A DNA stretch of 64,000 nt from Spirochaetia bacterium (GTDB lineage Bacteria; Spirochaetota; Spirochaetia; DSM-27196; Salinispiraceae): the NCBI GenBank assembly GCA_038204425.1, contig JBBRCZ010000007.1, positions 1 to 64,000 on the forward strand, in the 5' to 3' direction. Position numbers and translations under genes: made by a program. The stretch's first letter is position 1; every line of letters begins with the position of its first letter. Below are positions 35,703 to 45,515 of this stretch, piece by piece. The notes beneath the pieces are model-generated. The model was not told the origin of the DNA and ran no database searches. It saw only the letters and a list, made by a program, of their open reading frames with translations.

Positions 35703-38700
35703 CTACTTACCATCACCAGTACTCGGCTTGGACCCAAAGTTGACCCAGTAGCCAGCCTGCGTTGCTTGTATCTCTTCATTGTACATGGCGTAGACTTTAG
35801 TAGCTGGTTGATAAAATTTACCTTTGTACACGGCCGAGAGGGGGATCTTAAAGGTCTTAAACTGACCCGGGTTTAGACTAAAGTAGATATACACGCGGTC
35901 GTCTCTGATGTCCATATAGTCGTAGTCTTTGGCCTTTTGACTAGTATCCGAATCCTGAGCACCCGCCTGCATTCGCTCGTTGATAATTTCAAAGCCAGAA
36001 GCGATTTGGAAGCTTAACGCCATTTGTTCCAGTTTTTTGCCACGGCTTACGTTATTTATTACCGTAACCTGAGCGGTTACATCATCACCAGCACTTACTT
36101 GGTCCAGACTTTGCAATCTTCGTCCCTCAGAATCGAGCCAAGAGAGTGCCATGCCAACACCCGAGTTGGCTGTTTTTTCGCCCCCGAGTTGCGGTACACC
36201 CGTCATCACGATACGTGGGAAAAAGGGAGTAGCTCCCGTGTTTACCAGATCCCAGTCAACATTAGAGGCGTTACTTGAAAGCGGAAGTTCGATTCGCAAA
36301 ACGGCCTTGTCGGAAGAAAGCGCAATGTTTGAGCCATTCCACTTAAGGGTGGCTGTCACTCGCTTTCCACCCGACATATAGCCAGCAAATCTGGACAGAG
36401 CCAAAAGTCCGTAGGCAGTTTCTTGAGTGCTCAACCAATCACTTTTGGAAAGTCGTTCGCTCAAGTCTCTCGCCAGTTCTAATCCGCCAGCTGGGTTGTT
36501 GAGGATCATCATGGACTCGAGGATCATGGCCTTGTCACGGAAGTCGGAACCAAAGCTTCCACCCAATTCACGATAAGTATCTACCAAAAAATCGGCCTTA
36601 GATACCAAGTCTCGTGAGCTCGCGCCCTGTCCCATTAAGAGATAGGCAGCCGCAAGTCGCCATCGTGCAGTACTGTTGCCCAAACTACCACTTTCCTTAA
36701 GTCGGTTAAGTGTGGACAGCTCAGCGCTGCCATCAAGGGCCAAGCCATACAGGCGATACGCTTGGTCAAGAGCCGTAGAATCGTCGTCTCTTTGTTGATT
36801 CGACCATGCATTGGCAGCTTCTCGTTGGAACTTTCTCCAATTGTTAAGCATGTCGTCGGGTACTGAGTAGCCACGTTTTTTGGCTTCGAGTATAAAGTGC
36901 CCGGCATAATTGCTTCCCCAGCCACTTGGAATGGGGTCACCCGGCCAGTAGCCAAACCCACCAGAAGGGGTCATAAAGCTCTTGAGCCGTTCTATACCAG
37001 CTTGAATGTTGGTTTGAATTCTACTCTTTTGTTCGGCGCTAAGGTCCATCACCTCGCCCAAGAACAACTGTGGAAAAACCCCCGAGGTAGTCTGTTCAAT
37101 ACAACCATGAGGGTAGGCTATCAGGTATTCCAGTCGTTTTCCAAGATCAATTGGTGGCAACGTGGTTAGCTCTATCCAAACTTTGTTGCTGCCAGGATAG
37201 CCTGCCAGCGTTGACTTACTTTCCTGCCAGTTTTTGCCAGCCAGTAGTGCGCCGGTAGAACTAGGCTGCTTAACCACCGTCTGTGAACTGGCCGGTAAAC
37301 GCAGGTCAAACTCCACTTCTTGGCGTGCCTTTTCTCGCGGCCCCTGGGCTTCGACAACTAGCCTTGCGATACCAATTCTCTCAAGCGCTTTTATGCGAAA
37401 GCTCACAATTTGATCGCCGGGTTCCTTAAATATAGCATTAGTGCTGGAAGGTGAAACAAGCGTAATTGGTCCATCCAGTTTGATGCTAACTGGTATCGAG
37501 CGCGCACCAGTGCCCATCCAAAAAACGCTGACTGGAATCTCGGCTTCTTCGCCTGGCGCAAGAACCCGCGGTACTGTTGGCAAAACCATGACTTCTTGCT
37601 TTACAAAGACTGATTTTTCGGCGGCGCCAAAACTAGGAAAGACTTTGCTTTGTGGCCCAGTTAGTGAAATCTGCGTGTCGGGTCTAGTTACCGTGCCTAG
37701 CTTATCTGCTGCCACCACCATAATCCGCACCGCGCCAATATATTGAGGCAGTTGAATCTCATGACTGTTCTCAGCGCCAGCTGCAAGCTTGCTAGGTGCA
37801 ATAAACCTAACCAAGGGTGGAAAACGATTGGCCTTTTTGCGACCAGCGCCGTCCAGTTCGTCACCGCCACCTATCGCCAGCAAGTTTTCTAACTTGCCAG
37901 CAAGTGCACCAGCAACCATGTCATATAAGTCCCAGGTCTTGATAAGACTCGCTTCTCTTTTGTAGAACTGGGCCCATGGATTGGGCACGCCAAAGCGAGT
38001 CAGTCCCAAAAGCCCTTCGTCAACCAAAGCCAAGGTATACGTCATAGGACGCCCGGTGCTCTCTTTTACTTTTACCGTAATTTTTTGGCCTGGCTTAAAC
38101 TCGTCGGCACTGGTAATTACCGGAGTAAGTCGACTATCGCGATTCTCTATTAAAATTGGCAGTATGCCATAGGTTCTTATAGGCAAATCATTGGCAGTTT
38201 GCAGGTGTGGTTGAATAAAGCTGACATGAATGTATACGTTGGGAGCCATTTCTGCCGTAATAGGCAGTTTGTATTGGCTGGTTTCGCCACTAGCGGTGAT
38301 CCACTCTTGCTTAATCAGCCGACCAGCTTTTTCGATAGCTACCAATGCACGACCATCTTTGTTGCCAGGAATGCTAATAGTAGCGGTTTCTCCAGTTTGA
38401 TAACTGGACTTGTCGCTTGAGAGCAGCAGCATGGAAGCACCGCTGGCGCCGCTGTCTTTCTGTCTACCTGCCCAGCCTGGCCAGTCGATGTATTTGATAA
38501 CCGAAGTGGCGTGACCACCATCGGGATCGCTGACCCTTACCAAGTAACGACCCCAGTTTGGGTAGGCAACTTTAAACTTCCACTCGCCACGACCATTGCG
38601 AATATCTATGTCACCTTGAGCTACGCGACTATTTGAGCCTGAGGCTACAAAATCCGCCAGATTACTGTCGGCCGATTTTTCCCACCACCAACGCCAGTTA

Positions 38701-41414
38701 ATTTGATAAAGCTCAGCTCGTAGCTTGCCTGATCCAATCGGCTTGCCGGCGTTGTCAACCAAAGCAACAATAACTGAATGATCAATATCGGTGAGCAACA
38801 TGCCACGCAGCTTGTCTCCAGCAGGAACATTGATGCCAACGTAGCGAGGATAAGGATGGTAGTCCAAACTAAAGGAATCTACAGAAAAAGATCCAGAAGG
38901 TTCATAGACTCTAGTGTCAAAGTTTGCCCTGAGTTTACCAGGCGCGTAACCTTGAGTTTCAATTTGAGAGTTAACAGCGACCTTACCATTGTTGTCTAAG
39001 TTGCCGGTAAAAATAACGCGCGGTTCATCGCTATAGATTCGCGATGCGTCGTCAAAAGTATAATTTTCAAAGCCTGTAAACCCGGTTACACTTTGGTTTA
39101 GCGCTACCTTGATCTCGGCCCGCAGACCAGGAGCCTTGGCTCCATGCAGCCACAGCGCTTCTAAACCGGCACTGAGCTTGCCACCACTAATAAACGTGGC
39201 ATTGTTATTCAGCTTAAAGTCAATCTTAAGCCGATTTGGCATGACGGTTTCTATTTTAAGCGCCTTTTCAAATACACGCCCACCAACCCGTACGCGAGCC
39301 ATCCAGTTGCCGGTAGGAGCGTCCTCATCCGTTATCATAGGAAAATAGTAGAATCCGTCCACCGAACTGTTGAGTGTCTTGCTGCGATAAAGTTGATTCT
39401 GAGGAGTAAGCAAGTCAAGGACTATCGGATGACTGGCCGGCAGTCTTCCTTGTGGATCGTGAAGCAAAAAGGTCAAGAAAATGTCGTCACCTGGACGCCA
39501 AACCCCACGTTCACCATACAGAAAGCCCTTAAAACCCTGCTCGGCTTTGTCGCCCGCAATGTCAAAATGGCTGCTTGCAAGCACGTCACCTTCGGCCACC
39601 TTGAGGTAGGCATGTTGATTGCCCCGCTTTGCAACTACAAAATATGCTTTGCCGTCTCCAAGTTCAAAGTCCGCTACCCCGCTTGCGTCACTGACACCAG
39701 TTCCAAGAACTTGTCGCGTGTAGTCCAAAAGTTGAATATCTACCCCGCCCATAGGGCTGGCTGATTTCAAATCTACGGCCGTTACTTTGACTTTATTGTC
39801 GGTTCCGCGACGTGCAATTAGACCAATGTCTGATATCATTATATTGCGTTCGACATCTATCTTATGATCCCACCAAGCACGATAGTAAGAATCAGAATTG
39901 GGATTGTTTCTTTCTTCATAGCCTGCGTATTCGTCTTGATCTTCGTAGTAGTCCCAATAGGAATTTTCTTTCTCATTTTCGCCAGGAATCTGCAAGTCGC
40001 TCCACTTGACCTCGTTTACGTCTCCGCTAGCCGAGAGCCAAGAGGTGTGGGGCTTGCGGAAGCTAATTTTAAGATTAAAGAGTCCATCCGGGTGGTTTTT
40101 TAAAAGCTGTGTCATGTCCAGGCCCCGACGCACCCATTTGTCTTGGTCTGACGTTTTGTAGCCCAAATCAATCACTTGGCGCCAGACAGACTTGCCTACT
40201 CTGACGAGGTCGCTCGTGCCGGCCAAATTATTCACTTGCAAGAACTGAGGAATGTTCTCATGGTAGACTCTGATGGCCTCCACCATTAAATAACGCAAGT
40301 TGAGCGTCTCGATTGGCACCGTCAATCCTTGGCTGCTTGGAATAATAACGCCTTTTCCTACAAATCGAACCGCTGGCTTTTCTGATGGCGCTGCTACAGG
40401 CCGTGCCTGGGTTTGTACCAAAACACGGGTTTTGTCTGCTGATTTAAATCCCTTGGCAACAAAGACTTGACCTTGTGCAGGCCAGTCTCCGTCTTTATAG
40501 ACCTTTACAACCGAACCCTTGGCAGCAACTCTGACTGGCAGAACTTTGCCGGCCTGGTCCTTTAGCTCTACCATGCCACCAAAGTTTTGACTCTCGTCGA
40601 CTGGTTCCGAAAAATACAAAAGCAAGTGTCGTCCGCCGTCATCGCTGAGCTGGCTCGACACCAAGCTAAAGGACTGCGTTCCGGAAACCACGATCGACTT
40701 TTCTAAGAAGGAGGCCGCACCCAAACGTGGGCCATCAAGCTTAAAGTTTACGACTTCGTCGCTAGTGCCACGCGCTAATTTTTCTAAAACAAAATGATGA
40801 ACACGATTGTCCTTTTGGTGCTGCCAGACAATACTACTTGGGCTGGAGCGGTACCAAGCTTGCAAGGCAGACTCGATAGTTTTACCGTCTTCTGGCTCAT
40901 TAAGTGTAATGGTACCATCGATTCGCATAAAATCCGGCGAGCCAAAAACAGTCTGAGCTTGACTTAGATCCAAGTCGATTCCTTGCGCAGCAGTATGCAC
41001 TACAAAACCAAAATCCTGTGCGTCAGGAAAGGCCGCTCTAAGCAAGCCAGCTTCAAAAATAACGTCGTAGCGAGCTTTGCGCTCTAGCGGGCGGTCAGGA
41101 ACAAACTCCAATACATTGGCAGAGGTCCATTTGGAGACTCCCGAAACACTAGGATTAAGCTTGATTGCGTTAGCCAAAAAATCCGGGGTGTCCACCAAGC
41201 CTCTAATATCATTTACAAACTCAATTCTAATGGCACTGCTTGCTGAAATTTGTCCCGTGCTATGAGCATGAACAAAGCTGTCCCTTGGTGCCTTATAAAC
41301 CAGATTGCTAGAACAACTTGCCATCACCAAGGCGACAAGCAAAGTCCCTATAAACAAAGTCCATGTAAATAGACCCACCATTTTCTTTGAATCAGAACCA
41401 GGTATCTTAGTCAT
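35703..41414 (-). CDS. Bacterial alpha-2-macroglobulin (lipoprotein)
   Basis: Lipobox MAS-C, ERGVWRPGD, ALVDEGLL, thioester motif PHGCIEQ (~37092-37103), STQE and DIRDDRV. Confidence 0.95.
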   Translation of the reverse strand: MTKIPGSDSKKMVGLFTWTLFIGTLLVALVMASCSSNLVYKAPRDSFVHAHSTGQISASSAIRIEFVNDIRGLVDTPDFLANAIKLNPSVSGVSKWTSANVLEFVPDRPLERKARYDVIFEAGLLRAAFPDAQDFGFVVHTAAQGIDLDLSQAQTVFGSPDFMRIDGTITLNEPEDGKTIESALQAWYRSSPSSIVWQHQKDNRVHHFVLEKLARGTSDEVVNFKLDGPRLGAASFLEKSIVVSGTQSFSLVSSQLSDDGGRHLLLYFSEPVDESQNFGGMVELKDQAGKVLPVRVAAKGSVVKVYKDGDWPAQGQVFVAKGFKSADKTRVLVQTQARPVAAPSEKPAVRFVGKGVIIPSSQGLTVPIETLNLRYLMVEAIRVYHENIPQFLQVNNLAGTSDLVRVGKSVWRQVIDLGYKTSDQDKWVRRGLDMTQLLKNHPDGLFNLKISFRKPHTSWLSASGDVNEVKWSDLQIPGENEKENSYWDYYEDQDEYAGYEERNNPNSDSYYRAWWDHKIDVERNIMISDIGLIARRGTDNKVKVTAVDLKSASPMGGVDIQLLDYTRQVLGTGVSDASGVADFELGDGKAYFVVAKRGNQHAYLKVAEGDVLASSHFDIAGDKAEQGFKGFLYGERGVWRPGDDIFLTFLLHDPQGRLPASHPIVLDLLTPQNQLYRSKTLNSSVDGFYYFPMITDEDAPTGNWMARVRVGGRVFEKALKIETVMPNRLKIDFKLNNNATFISGGKLSAGLEALWLHGAKAPGLRAEIKVALNQSVTGFTGFENYTFDDASRIYSDEPRVIFTGNLDNNGKVAVNSQIETQGYAPGKLRANFDTRVYEPSGSFSVDSFSLDYHPYPRYVGINVPAGDKLRGMLLTDIDHSVIVALVDNAGKPIGSGKLRAELYQINWRWWWEKSADSNLADFVASGSNSRVAQGDIDIRNGRGEWKFKVAYPNWGRYLVRVSDPDGGHATSVIKYIDWPGWAGRQKDSGASGASMLLLSSDKSSYQTGETATISIPGNKDGRALVAIEKAGRLIKQEWITASGETSQYKLPITAEMAPNVYIHVSFIQPHLQTANDLPIRTYGILPILIENRDSRLTPVITSADEFKPGQKITVKVKESTGRPMTYTLALVDEGLLGLTRFGVPNPWAQFYKREASLIKTWDLYDMVAGALAGKLENLLAIGGGDELDGAGRKKANRFPPLVRFIAPSKLAAGAENSHEIQLPQYIGAVRIMVVAADKLGTVTRPDTQISLTGPQSKVFPSFGAAEKSVFVKQEVMVLPTVPRVLAPGEEAEIPVSVFWMGTGARSIPVSIKLDGPITLVSPSSTNAIFKEPGDQIVSFRIKALERIGIARLVVEAQGPREKARQEVEFDLRLPASSQTVVKQPSSTGALLAGKNWQESKSTLAGYPGSNKVWIELTTLPPIDLGKRLEYLIAYPHGCIEQTTSGVFPQLFLGEVMDLSAEQKSRIQTNIQAGIERLKSFMTPSGGFGYWPGDPIPSGWGSNYAGHFILEAKKRGYSVPDDMLNNWRKFQREAANAWSNQQRDDDSTALDQAYRLYGLALDGSAELSTLNRLKESGSLGNSTARWRLAAAYLLMGQGASSRDLVSKADFLVDTYRELGGSFGSDFRDKAMILESMMILNNPAGGLELARDLSERLSKSDWLSTQETAYGLLALSRFAGYMSGGKRVTATLKWNGSNIALSSDKAVLRIELPLSSNASNVDWDLVNTGATPFFPRIVMTGVPQLGGEKTANSGVGMALSWLDSEGRRLQSLDQVSAGDDVTAQVTVINNVSRGKKLEQMALSFQIASGFEIINERMQAGAQDSDTSQKAKDYDYMDIRDDRVYIYFSLNPGQFKTFKIPLSAVYKGKFYQPATKVYAMYNEEIQATQAGYWVNFGSKPSTGDGK

Positions 41415-41501
41415 AGCTATGTTTCCTTTTTGCTTGTGCATTTCTTGCCGACGACGTTTTTATTTCTCTTGCGGATGACACTGGACAGCAACATCGCTAT
41501 T

Positions 41502-42152
41502 CTAGCGAATTTCGATGTTGACATTAAATTCGGCTTTAGTTTGATTGTAGCTCATCTTGGTGAAACGGAGCGATCCTTGTTTAATTCCAACTGCTTGCGC
41601 TTCACGCAGGGCCCAATTGAGAAAGCTCAGCATAATTTGGTCAGACGGCCACGATCGAGCGTTGCCCTGTTTTTGTAAATCTGCATCACTAAGCAACATG
41701 CTGAGCATCAGAGTTTTTTTTGCCTTTTCTTGCGAGACCTTTCCTAGGTCAACGGTAGAATCAAGTCGCCATATTCCCAATGCACCAGAGCTTGCAATCT
41801 GCGACCTAGTTGTATCAAGGGCCGAAAAAGCGCTTTCTCTTTGATATACCATACCGTTGGCCCCGGTTTCAAAATTAGTGTCAAAAAAGTAGCCAATCAA
41901 TCCATTGGAAAAATTTGAGAACGACAGTCGTTTTGCCTCGTTCATGTCTTCGGGTGCTACCATAAAGAGGCTCACCTTTACCCAATTAACGACATGCCCG
42001 CCATTGCCAGTTTGAACAAGAGTTTTTTCTGAACTGGTGCAGGAAAGTGTTGCAAGGAGAAAGGTGCCTATGACCGTTATGGCTATACCGCTCATAACTT
42101 TGGCAGCGGCTATGGATTGGGCTTTGGAAGATGCCATTTTTTCGATATTCAT
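41502..42152 (-). CDS. Hypothetical lipoprotein
   Basis: Hydrophobic signal ending TLS-C; no family recognised. Confidence 0.6.
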   Translation of the reverse strand: MNIEKMASSKAQSIAAAKVMSGIAITVIGTFLLATLSCTSSEKTLVQTGNGGHVVNWVKVSLFMVAPEDMNEAKRLSFSNFSNGLIGYFFDTNFETGANGMVYQRESAFSALDTTRSQIASSGALGIWRLDSTVDLGKVSQEKAKKTLMLSMLLSDADLQKQGNARSWPSDQIMLSFLNWALREAQAVGIKQGSLRFTKMSYNQTKAEFNVNIEIR

Positions 42153-42191
42153 AAGCTAAGTTTCGAGCAATTACCTTGCAGTGTCAACCAA

Positions 42192-42917
42192 TCAAGTCTC
42201 AGCCAAGCTAGCTTCTAGCAATATTCCATTATCAAGGCACAGCACGCGGTCACACAAGCCTGACGGCAGGTTTTGGAAACCATGGACCAAAATAGCGGCC
42301 ATACCATATTCAGTTTTTCTCTTGGCTAGCATGCACCCCAAGCGTTCTTGCGTGGAGGTGTTTACCAAAGACCAGGGATCGTCAGCAAGCAGAAGATCTG
42401 GACACTGCAGAAAGGCTCTGGCGATAGCAATCAAGTGGCATTCGCCATGAGAAAGTTGCTGACTCTTACATTTTAGCAGCGCCGTTTCGAGCCCGAGTTC
42501 GTCAAAAATAGCTTCAATCGCCGCTAGTTGCCAACCCGGCACCCGAGAGTATGCTTGACGACAAAGCCAAAGTGCCTCGCTCAAGTGGGTAGCAACGGTC
42601 TGCTGCGGATCAAGTGAGGCACGACCGTCATGGTAAATCATGGCGCGACGCTTACTGTGGTTTTTGATCTTGCCTGCGCTCGGTTTGAGAAAGCCAGAAC
42701 TCAAGCGCAAGAGCGTAGTTTTGCCGCTTGCCATTGGACCGCCTAGGCCGACAAACTGCCCAGGCACAAGAATCAGATTGACGTCATTTAAGAGCTTTTT
42801 CTGCGAAATAGCGGACGTAAAGGATTTTGGCCAATTGGGCGGCCAATCAAAGGATAGGCTGGAGATTTGTAAAATCAGTTCTGGCTCTTGCAACTGTTTA
42901 GCTTGTGCTTGGGTCAT
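42192..42917 (-). CDS. Oligopeptide ABC ATP-binding protein (OppF-like), degenerate motifs
   Basis: Walker A GPMASGKT, signature LSHGE, Walker B LLLADD. Confidence 0.8.
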   Translation of the reverse strand: MTQAQAKQLQEPELILQISSLSFDWPPNWPKSFTSAISQKKLLNDVNLILVPGQFVGLGGPMASGKTTLLRLSSGFLKPSAGKIKNHSKRRAMIYHDGRASLDPQQTVATHLSEALWLCRQAYSRVPGWQLAAIEAIFDELGLETALLKCKSQQLSHGECHLIAIARAFLQCPDLLLADDPWSLVNTSTQERLGCMLAKRKTEYGMAAILVHGFQNLPSGLCDRVLCLDNGILLEASLAET

Positions 42918-43690
42918 GATGATAGACCTTCTTCTAGTTTGCCAGCGCTAAGCGTATAACTCTTTTGGGCCCAACTCGCCAGCAGATCCTTGTTGTGGCT
43001 CAAAATCAAGACGGCAGTGTTAAACTCTCGAGCCAAAGCAGACAAGAGGCCCATACAATGCGCGCGACCCTCATCATCAAGTGAAGAAAAAGGATCGTCG
43101 GCTATCAAAACTTGTGGACTGCAACTGATTGCTATCGCCAGGATCAGCCGCTGACTCATGCTTAATGACAAGTGATGGGGATACGCATTGACGCTGCTTT
43201 TTGGATCTAAGAAGCCGACAAGTTGCAGCAAGTTAACTGCCCTCTCCTTGGCCTGTTTGGCATCCAAGTGATGATGCATGCGTCCAGCCTGAGATAATTG
43301 CGAAGCAATGTTTATATTTGGGTTGAGACTTGCCTGAGGGTTTTGAAACATGATCGCCAATTTGTTTGCATACAAGTTGGTCATGGCCTTGCCGGCCATT
43401 TGCCGCAGATCATTGCCTTCAAAGATCACCGATCCCTTAACGAGGCCTGCAAGGTCGGCCGGCAAAAGCGCCATAATAGCCAGACCCAGCAAGGTTTTTC
43501 CGGCTCCTGTCTGGCCATAGATGCCGGTGATAGAGCCTGCAGGCAAGTCCAGATTGAGCGAATCAATTATGGTTCTTGGCGTTTTTTTTGCGGGCGTATC
43601 AATAATAAGACTTAGTCCGCGCACGCTCAAAACGGGAGTATTGGCTCGATAGAGACTTACCTTGCCCACCTCAAACTCGTTCTTCTTCAT
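42914..43690 (-). CDS. Oligopeptide ABC ATP-binding protein (OppD-like), degenerate motifs
   Basis: Walker A GQTGAGKT, MFQNPQASLNP, signature YPHHLSLSM, Walker B LIADD, SHN. Confidence 0.85.
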   Translation of the reverse strand: MKKNEFEVGKVSLYRANTPVLSVRGLSLIIDTPAKKTPRTIIDSLNLDLPAGSITGIYGQTGAGKTLLGLAIMALLPADLAGLVKGSVIFEGNDLRQMAGKAMTNLYANKLAIMFQNPQASLNPNINIASQLSQAGRMHHHLDAKQAKERAVNLLQLVGFLDPKSSVNAYPHHLSLSMSQRLILAIAISCSPQVLIADDPFSSLDDEGRAHCMGLLSALAREFNTAVLILSHNKDLLASWAQKSYTLSAGKLEEGLSS

Positions 43691-44553
43691 CGCTTAACTA
43701 CCGCTTGCTTTGCCAGTCCGTCCAAAAACAAGCTGATGCCCGTCAAGAACCAAGCCATTACAGCAAAGGTAGAAAAAAGACGGTGGCCTGCATGGTCCAA
43801 GCTCAAAATGCCATCCCGCAGCAATATTCCCCAGCTCAACCACGGTGGACTGGGTCCAAACCCAATAAACGACAAGAAGGCTTCTTGCAAAACTAAAACT
43901 AAGAGACGCATTGCAACCAATGTCCACACGACAGAACCAAGATTTGGAAGAACGTGCTTTACCATGGTCCTAAACAGACCCGCTCCCATGCCGCGCAGCG
44001 CCTCGCAATAAGGAAGGCTAATCTCAATCTTAATTTGAATTCCAAGCACCTTGATTTCACTGTACCAGCCAAGGCCGAGTAAGCAGACAAAAACCATGGC
44101 TTGTCCGGCTCCAAAAATAGCAAGCACGAGAATAATACTTGCCAGACTTGGCACGGCATACAGGATATCGACTAGTCTCATCACCAAGCCATCTACCCAG
44201 CCTCCATACCAAGCTGCCAAACTGGCCAAACTAAAGGCAATCAAGATAGACAGCACTGCTATTCCTAAAGAAAAACCCAATGACACTAGGCTGGCTCTCA
44301 TGAGTCCAGACAGGTAGTCCCTACCTAGTTCGTCAGTTCCCAATAGACATATGCGCGATGCATACGGGCTGTCTACACTGAGGCCCGCCAGTTCTCCAGC
44401 CAACTTAAAGTTATTAAAAATTGCGGGCGGCAAATTTGCCTGTTCGGAAACTACGAGATCATAGTCCGTCCAACCCGGCAAAAGGCTGATTATCAACATG
44501 AGCAAACCGAGTGTGGCACTCATCGCTAAGCCTATTTTTCCGGCCAAGGTCAT
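43687..44553 (-). CDS. oppC: Oligopeptide ABC permease OppC-like
   Basis: LGTDELGRD, MRLVDILYAVP, KHVLPN, EAFLSFIGFG and SWG. Confidence 0.85.
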   Translation of the reverse strand: MTLAGKIGLAMSATLGLLMLIISLLPGWTDYDLVVSEQANLPPAIFNNFKLAGELAGLSVDSPYASRICLLGTDELGRDYLSGLMRASLVSLGFSLGIAVLSILIAFSLASLAAWYGGWVDGLVMRLVDILYAVPSLASIILVLAIFGAGQAMVFVCLLGLGWYSEIKVLGIQIKIEISLPYCEALRGMGAGLFRTMVKHVLPNLGSVVWTLVAMRLLVLVLQEAFLSFIGFGPSPPWLSWGILLRDGILSLDHAGHRLFSTFAVMAWFLTGISLFLDGLAKQAVVKR

Positions 44554-45497
44554 CGTAGCGCCTTCCTAAATCCCGGTGACAAACGTGGATCCAAGGCCGT
44601 GCTCAGTAAATCAGCCAGCAGACTAATGCCGAGTGAAAGACTGGCAAAAACCAGCACTATGCCCATAAGTAGAGGGTAATCGCGATGCAAGCAGGCATCT
44701 ATAAGGTAACGTGCCAAGCCAGGCACGCCGTAAAGCGGTTCAACAACAACGCAAGCAGTCAAAGCCATACCCATTGCTGGACTGAGCCAAGCAAGCAAAG
44801 TAGCAAGCAGCGGTCTAATTCCTTGACTTCGCAGCACCATCAAGCTGCTTTGACCTTGAGCCTGGCCCGTACGCAGCCATGGGCTTGCCAAATAACTGCG
44901 TGCAAGACTAAAGCTCATACGAGCCAGCCAGGCGATCAAGGGAAGGGCAACCGTAATTAGCGGAAGCACCCAAGCACGTTCGCTACCCCTAGTACTGCTC
45001 CAGCCGGCCACGGGAAGCAGGTCCAGCTGCACACCAAAGAGAGCCTGCAAAAGAGGGGCAAGCAAGAAGAAAGGAATGCAAACGGCAAGCACCGTCCACA
45101 TCACCATGAGTTGGCCAAAAAAACGGTGCTTCAGCGAAGCAAAGAAGACACCTAGCCAAATACCCAGGCAGTATGCGCACAATAGAGAAGAGACAATCAA
45201 AAGCAACGTATAGGGCAGATGATGACTAATGATACTCCACACTGAGCGTTGCGGATACTGCAAGGACTCGCCCCAATCACCGGCTATAATCCCACTAACA
45301 TAATCCATTAGCCTGACATGAAATGCTTTGTTCACAAAATGCTCTTGCGCCAGCCGTTCGCGCGATGTCTCAAGCCTATCTGCCTCGCCTGAAAAAGGGC
45401 TACCGGGCGCCGCCTGCAACAAAGCAAAGGCCAAGCCCAGTACCGCAACTAGAGAAGCAAGCATAACTACTATACGCCGCACCAAGTAAACTAGCAT
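44550..45497 (-). CDS. oppB: Oligopeptide ABC permease OppB-like
   Basis: YLVRRI, APGSPF, GDWGES, VVEPLYGVPGL, RDYPL and LDPRL. Confidence 0.85.
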   Translation of the reverse strand: MLVYLVRRIVVMLASLVAVLGLAFALLQAAPGSPFSGEADRLETSRERLAQEHFVNKAFHVRLMDYVSGIIAGDWGESLQYPQRSVWSIISHHLPYTLLLIVSSLLCAYCLGIWLGVFFASLKHRFFGQLMVMWTVLAVCIPFFLLAPLLQALFGVQLDLLPVAGWSSTRGSERAWVLPLITVALPLIAWLARMSFSLARSYLASPWLRTGQAQGQSSLMVLRSQGIRPLLATLLAWLSPAMGMALTACVVVEPLYGVPGLARYLIDACLHRDYPLLMGIVLVFASLSLGISLLADLLSTALDPRLSPGFRKALR

Positions 45498-45515
45498 CTC
45501 TTAGGCCTCGACCCC

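Noticed and set aside
33244..41414. alpha-2-macroglobulin plus pbpC as a novel system
   Set aside because: This is a well-established gene pair and the CxEQ thioester motif is canonical.
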